Origin: Octopus vulgaris
Taxonomy: Eukaryota
Assembly (NCBI GenBank): GCA_951406725.2
Contig: OX597820.1
Coordinates: forward strand, 38,440,001-38,504,000
Reading direction: 5' to 3'
Length of the DNA: 64,000 bases
This document shows, piece after piece, positions 57,206 through 64,000 of this stretch. How positions within the stretch are numbered: the first letter of the stretch is position 1; each line of letters opens with the position of its first letter. Under the pieces are notes generated by a model that made no database searches, was not told the origin of the DNA, and was given only the letters and a program-made list of their open reading frames with translations. Position numbers and translations under genes: made by a program.

Positions 57206-58869
57206 TTGCTATTCCGCGGTTCTATACTCTAGGTTATGTGCAATCGCTTCAATCTTGTCTCCTGCCATGAATTAATAATACCAATTTATGACAGCTCAAG
57301 CCCACGCAATACTTTGAACTCGCAAAAGCGGAGAAGATAAAGATGTGTAGTTAAGACGTTCGTTGTACAATAAGGTCGTCTGCATCGATCCTATTTTACA
57401 AAAGCTTGACAAAATATTTTATAACCTCGAGTTCACCGATATCGCCAATATCTTTAGTCAAATGCATGATATAGAACTGAAATTAAACACTTACTAGAAT
57501 GATGACTAGAAAGACGAATTCTTCCTCGTGTTTTTTAATGAAGTTTAAATCTACTGTGATTAAGTTATTAAGCGTTGTGTATATATCTTAAAATCTGTCA
57601 CCATATTTGAACAACTTTTCTGTAACTAGTCGGTTAAAATCCTCGCATTAGATTCTGCCACAGCTTTCGTTATTTGTGATGCTACATTGATGCATATCTG
57701 GATATTGATGTGCATATGAAGATATATATATTTACTTTTGATATCAGCGATAGTGAAAACCTGCTCAACAGCAAGTAAATTTTAGAAGAAAAATATCATA
57801 AAATAACGTATTTCAGTAAGCTTGCTCATTATTGACAGATATTATCAGTGAGAGAATTGCATTGTCATTTAGAGAAATTAAAAACATCTCAACATAAATC
57901 TTTGTGGATTATCTCACAATTGCAATTCTTCACATAGTAAATCATCCCACGCGATTTCTTTTACGTTACAAGTATCATTAACTAATTGTTCTCATATATT
58001 CTTGACACCTGTCCACCTATTCATGTTTTCACATTATCAACTTCGCTTTCAAATTTATTTTAGTTTCCTAATGTTTTTCCCTTTATCCCTTCGTGGTTGA
58101 GAGAATTAGCTGAAGATTACATTTAGAACTTCAAATTAAATAATTTATACTGACATTAACAATACTTAAAGTGTTAGTATAATCCGGAAAAATTAACTAA
58201 TGCATTAATTTGTTGAAAGCTAATCTTTTCCAGCAGGAACGAACGACAAACTGTCATGGAAAGTTAAATAGCAACGTTAAGTTTATATTATCAATGTATG
58301 TTATTTTCTTATACTTTGGACTTGTTACAAATGCTTATCTAGCTAGTAAGCAACCTATTTATTTGACTATAGCTTGTCTGTTTGTGAATATCACTTATTA
58401 ATAATTAGTCTTCTTCGGAAAGTCCGCTGAATGGTATTACAGCTTAATGTTGAGAGTAACTATCAATTTTTTCCAAATAAAAATAACAAAAAAACCCCAG
58501 TTTACTAGACTTTGAGCGTATGTAGTGGATAAACGCAGATACGCAGATACGCGCACACCCACACACAAATATATATAGATATGGATTTCCATACATACAT
58601 ATATGAATGCATAAGTATGTGCATATTATATATATTATAAATGCAGGTGCCGAATGTGAGGAGAATCTAGGGAAAACATGTCACATACTGTAATCATAAA
58701 GGTAGCATTGTTAGGATGAAAACAGAGAGATGTACGTGAGGGATGCTAAATGGACTTAACTGGCGGGTCATAGTCTGAATGAAACGGTGCTTTAGCGTGA
58801 GAGGTCCAACATAAGTCCTTTCCTACATACATCTGTGTAAGTGTTTGTTTGTGTGTGTGTGTGTGAGTA

Positions 58870-59880
58870 CTATGAGGTCCGACTGAAAGTTTGACACGCT
58901 AACTATGAACGATGAAGCTAATATTGTGACATTTTACAGGTATTAATTTCAGCTCTCCTTCCTTTCCGGTAAATTGATATTTGACTGTTCAAAAAAGAGT
59001 GCAAAAATAATCAGTAGCGATTTCTCATGGAAGTCGAAAAAATTTAGCTTTGTGGTGATATCACGTACCTACAGGAGAGGGATTTAGCTCCCATCGACAT
59101 TTATGGTGACATTATTTGTTTCTTTATTACCCACAAGGAGCTAAACATAGAGGGGACTAACAAGGACAGACAAACGGATTAAGTCGATTACATCGACCCC
59201 AGTGCGTAACTGGTACTTAATTTATCAACCCCGAAGGGATGATATGCAAAGTCGACCTCGGCGGAATTTGAAATCAGAACGTAACGGCTGACGAAATACG
59301 ACTACGCATTTCGCCCGGTGTGCTAACGTTTCTGCCAGCTCAAAGGATGACACTTCAGCTTTATCAAAAAGTGGAGAAGAGGAGCAAGTCTTTATGATGA
59401 CGCAAGGTCTGGATATCCTGCAACTGTCATCACCGAGAAAAACCATGATCTTGTTAACCACATGCTGCTAAATGACAGGTGATTCAAACCCATAAGACTA
59501 AATGCCCTGGAAAAAATACGAAACAAGTCTTATTCCACTAAGGTAAGGTTCCAGCACACAAGTTCTTGGTTCCAATGGTTGCTATGCGCAACATTGTGTT
59601 TGTACTAGTTGAATAGCCTCCCTACTCTCCGGATTTGACCAGATCTGAATATCATCAGTTCCCCTAATGTCAAAAAGCACTTGACTCGGAAGCAGTATCG
59701 CAGTGATGATGATGTTATATCTGCTGGTGATGACCTTTCTATGAACGGAATGAAAGCTTCTTCACAAACGAGATCAATGCATCGCAACGACTATGGAAGA
59801 AGTGTGTGGTCCGAAATGGGGAATGTATTGAAAAATAAATGTCATTTGGTCACATTCCATGAGGGTATAACTATGGAGTA
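58870..59880 (+). mobile_element. Deleted mariner relic interrupted by a SINE
   Basis: N-terminal VITYLQERDLAPIDIYGD, then PPYSPDL-like CCTACTCTCCGGATTTGAC, KHLTRKQYRSDDDVISA and WKKCV motifs. Confidence 0.78.
59113..59341 (-). mobile_element. tRNA-derived SINE inserted in a mariner
   Basis: Highly similar to 44402-44634. Confidence 0.9.
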
Positions 59881-60479
59881 AGCTGTCTTTGAGAATGACG
59901 TTATGAAATTCACTAAACGTTGATAAACAAAGTAGATCGGGTAATACTGGAGAAAGTCATATCCGTGTTACTTTACATCTGAACGGCAGTGTATTTGGGC
60001 CTGATAATAAATAAATCAATATTCGACGAAGGAAGTAGTTATGTCTTTAAAAGCATCTCATTTATTTTTCAATTCATTGAATCTAAAATGGTTATCATTA
60101 GCAGCTGTTAGTGACAGATTTTTATTCATTATTTAATAATGAATTCAGTATTCTGTGGTATCTTATACACACACTCATAAAAAATAATTTGTGCGCATGT
60201 GTGAGTGTATGTGTGTGTACAAAGCCAAAGTATTTTGGTCTTAGAGATTTGAATCTTTTTTCATCCGTACCTGATAAGATCTTTGGTTGTTGGCATCAAC
60301 GAAATTTTAAAGTTGCGCAATAGACACGCACACACACGTACACACACAGAGACACACATACACACACGCATATACTTTTTGTATTTTATTTCGATGTGCT
60401 TCGCAGTATTATTATTTTCAATAGCCATTCTCTTAGCTTCTGGTGAAGGAGAATGTTTGATATTGCTGTCCTGTTTACT

Positions 60480-61700
60480 GCTACTTGCCCTGATGTAGGT
60501 TCCTCTTGGACTTTGAGCAGTAGATCACATTCTTTCTGCAAAATATCTACAAGTACTGCATGTAGATCTCACAGAAGTTTAGCAAAGATATGAAATAGTT
60601 GTAGACTCTGAAACCCGATCTATTTCAATACTTCGTCCTCACTTTAGGCTGGATGGACGAGACCTTTGTAACAGTTCAGTGAGGTCCAGTTCAGGGGCTG
60701 GTACATTTTCTGATGCAAAAGTTTGGCGCCAACCCTTCTAAGATCTTGCATATATATATGTCACTACATATCTAGCCCATCTTCTCTCCAGAGAGTAGAG
60801 TCTTAAGTTTTACAGTTTTTCTCAGAAGCTCAGCTGTTCCTGTGTTGCAATCTTCCAGCTGTAGTACCGCTGAACTGACTTAAGTTCTGTTATTAATTTA
60901 TCACTATAAGATTACTACAGTTAAATGCAGTCTAGACAGCTGAGGATAAATGGCATCCAAGGAAGCAGCATAATATCCCTGCCCTTTTGCTCAGCACATT
61001 GCCATTATCTTGGTAATCTGTACATGAAACAAGGCGTCATTACTTATATTAATATCGAGATCATAAACTATACTTGTTGGAGATTTCCACTCATTTTGTT
61101 CCAAATATATCTATTGCAGCAAGTTAGCGTAAGCTTGTTGACAGCAGAGGGCTTCGATTTCTCTGCATTAAATTGCATCTTGTTTTCTTCTTCTCATTTA
61201 TATATATAGCACCTAGGTATTGCTGTAGAATATTAGCACCGAAGGGTACATTGGCCGACTGTACTGCTTTTGTATCGTCGGCATAGTATGTAAGTGTGAC
61301 TGTCTTATAATTATTTGCATGTCCAAAAAAGCTACCATAAAGAGCAACGAAGCCAAGATATCACTGTCTCCTTGCAGAGAGCCTTAATGGCTGCCATAAC
61401 CTCTGTCTTTGAAGAAGTTTTTTAAAACTACTCCGCCAGCTTTCCTACTAAACCGAGGTCCCGTAGCTTGAGACATATTATCCCCTGCTCAACCTTATCA
61501 AAGGCGTTTGCAAATGTTTCGCATTTCTACGTTTGAGCGATTCATTAGTTGTAGAAAAATTCAGTCACAATGCTGCAGAAGTCATGTAAGGCAGGGTGTC
61601 ATGGAGCAAGTTATCATGATTAGCTCCCTCTTGACTATATGTTCCATGACATGGCTTACATGGTAGTTTAGAGAAACATGTCAATAATTTTTAGCATCCG
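60480..61700 (-). mobile_element. Decayed CR1-clade LINE ORF2 (RT)
   Basis: FANAFDKVEQGIICLKL, TYYADDTK and LRLYSLERR..RY in the correct order, with many stops. Confidence 0.82.
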
Positions 61701-62559
61701 GTAGGCTCCCTACTTTATTTATGTACCCCCCCCACACACATACACACACACACATACACACACACACACACACAACACACACATGTTGATTTAATATAAT
61801 CTGTGTAATAACCTCTTAACGTGCATTTGAAACCTTCTATACTATTATTGGCTACGATGTGCCATTATTCAGCAGGGTACGATGTTAGTTTATGCAGAAT
61901 TTACATTAAAACAAAGAATATGGGATTCCCATTGGTGTGCGGGACACTCACCAGTTAAAGCCCTACTGCACAGCTGCTGCTGAATATATGTAATTATTTA
62001 CATAATAATTCATAAAATAGCAGGGTATAGAAACTCAGCAATTTTCAGCCGTGATGAATGGACAAAAGCAATCGTTGCGATTTGTATAAAAATTAAAGAC
62101 TGTTAGTTCAACCTTCCTGTTTTATAAGTTTTATATATATATATTTAAAAATGTGTAGAGGTAACACACGAGTAAGTAGATATTTATGAAAAATTAGAAC
62201 GAAAATGCTACTTTCTTAAAACTTTCTTCAAACAAATTTTCCTTTAAATAAATACATTAAAAGATGAATGTTTTGGTTTTGTTTTAGATGATTCGGTTTT
62301 TGAAAAGCCATATCAAAAATATGTACTAAAATGGAATATGCAAAGAGAAAAAAGAGCTATTAATAAAATTAACATTCATAGTCTACATACATTTTTTCGG
62401 CAAGAAACGTGGTGATTTGCGTTAATTCTCGTGGCAGGACAAGTGGATCTGTCTGTGACTGCAAATTACTACTGATTTGGTAAAATAAATATTGTGATGA
62501 CCTTTTTTTCTATAGGAGTGGCTGCAGTAGTCGAATAACTAGCAGCAATAATGATAATA

Positions 62560-63149
62560 GTAGTCGTTGTGGTGAAGTTGTTCCCACTGGGCTTTTAATA
62601 GAAATTGGGTTCTTCCACCTTTGTCTTTATTTCTTATGAATAACTTCCATATGTACATGGCTGAGAGATATTTTCCTGCATTCCTGAACCCTAATTTGAG
62701 ATTTGTTCCCCGCCATCCTCTGACGTAGACTGTTGTTTTGTGTGTCCAATATATTGCCGTTTGCATCCCGAGCATGTAATTAAGCCAATCAAGTTCTCCG
62801 ATGCACATGTAAAATTAGTTTTCATAGTGAAATTATGGCCCTATTCTAAACGGTATTCTGATGATTCTATTATGTTGATACAGATCCCACAGTTGGGTCT
62901 CACCCATTATTTTACTGTCGGCTTAGTGGTTATTGTTGAGTGTAGTTTGGCTTGGGTTCAAATCTTTTTCATTGATTTTGATTGTGTCTTACTTTTGATG
63001 ATTGTTTGTGTTTTGAGGATGATTTGATTCATCTTTGGGTCTCTCATGAGTAGAGTTGTGCTGTGGAGTATAGTGTTGGAGGCCTCACTGCTATGTGGGT
63101 TGTGTGTGTGAATGTAAGGCAGGGTTTTCAATTTTTCTTTCTTCTTTCG

Positions 63150-63150
<1 letters not shown>
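62560..63150 (-). mobile_element. Penelope-like GIY-YIG endonuclease relic
   Basis: RPNCGICINI...NFTCASENLIGLITCSGCKRQYIGHTK lies in a frame not listed in the ORF track. Confidence 0.8.
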
Positions 63151-63192
<42 letters not shown>

Positions 63193-63346
63193 GATATACG
63201 TTATATGATGTATAAAGACATGTAATATTCAAATATATATCTGTAAATATAAAACCATCCGAATTTCTGAGTACCTCATTTCTTCTAATACAAAATACCT
63301 GTACATCATCTCCAAACTTTCTAATATATATATATGTATACACACA

Positions 63347-63422
<76 letters not shown>

Positions 63423-63434
63423 CAGACACATACG

Positions 63435-63725
63435 CGCGATGTGGTACACCAAAGAAACCGTAATTTTGCAATATTATTTTATTCACATAATTTTAATATG
63501 ATTATACTTTATCGTCTTCGGAGTAGTCATCATTTGAAAAAATGGCTTGTTCGAAGGAATCCTGGTAGTCTAGTGTAGTGGTGACTTTTAATATCATTAT
63601 TTCTTCACCTCTTTCACATCTTTAAAACGTTTTCCTTTAACGACTTTTTCATTCGGAGGAACAAAATACGTTGCAGAGAGCAAGATGGGGGTGAATAAGG
63701 AGGGTGAGTAAACGGGTTTGTGCCA
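63435..63725 (-). mobile_element. mariner C-terminal relic
   Basis: ..YFVPPNEKVVKGKRFKDVKEVKK resembles the mariner 'LKGKRF.DVEEVK' motif. Confidence 0.65.
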
Positions 63726-64000
63726 TTGTAGCAATAACCATTTTAGCCATTTTGAAATGTGGCGCGAATTGGCAATATGACGTAATGTCTTTGCTGAAGA
63801 ACTATCATTTTCGTTTTTTTTCCATTGGTTAATATAACTGCTCATATAAAGATTCTAGAAGTTTCGAAAAGAATGTTTGTCCTGAATTTCGATTCTTTTT
63901 GGTCAGGTTGAGCAGTTATAAAAACCCTAGATTTGGGGAGAGACTTTAGTGTTCGTTGGTGTCACATAACTCCACGTCACTCACTCTTTTGGAGGCATCG

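Overview
AT-rich, microsatellite-dense eukaryotic (animal) DNA. The SINE families and repeat landscape suggest a cephalopod such as Octopus; this is inference only. No host protein-coding gene, rRNA, true tRNA or CRISPR array can be supported, and almost all ORFs in the track are translated microsatellites or transposon debris. The dominant feature is a young, essentially intact R4/Dong-clade non-LTR retrotransposon at 34401-38279 (+), with a Myb-like N-terminus, RT, CCHC knuckle and restriction-like endonuclease. It sits in an (AAT/AAC)n microsatellite, preceded by an identical 295-bp copy of its own 3' end and followed by an older relative. A second head-to-tail R4/Dong stack lies at about 700-4970 (-). 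Also present are Penelope-like elements (two GIY-YIG fragments and one decayed Naiad-type RT+EN copy) and several hammerhead ribozyme motifs, one inside a long fold-back inverted repeat. The rest comprises CR1 and RTE LINE fragments, many Tc1/mariner relics, a non-autonomous hAT-like element with an 8-bp TSD, and tRNA-derived SINEs. Coordinates of decayed elements are approximate.
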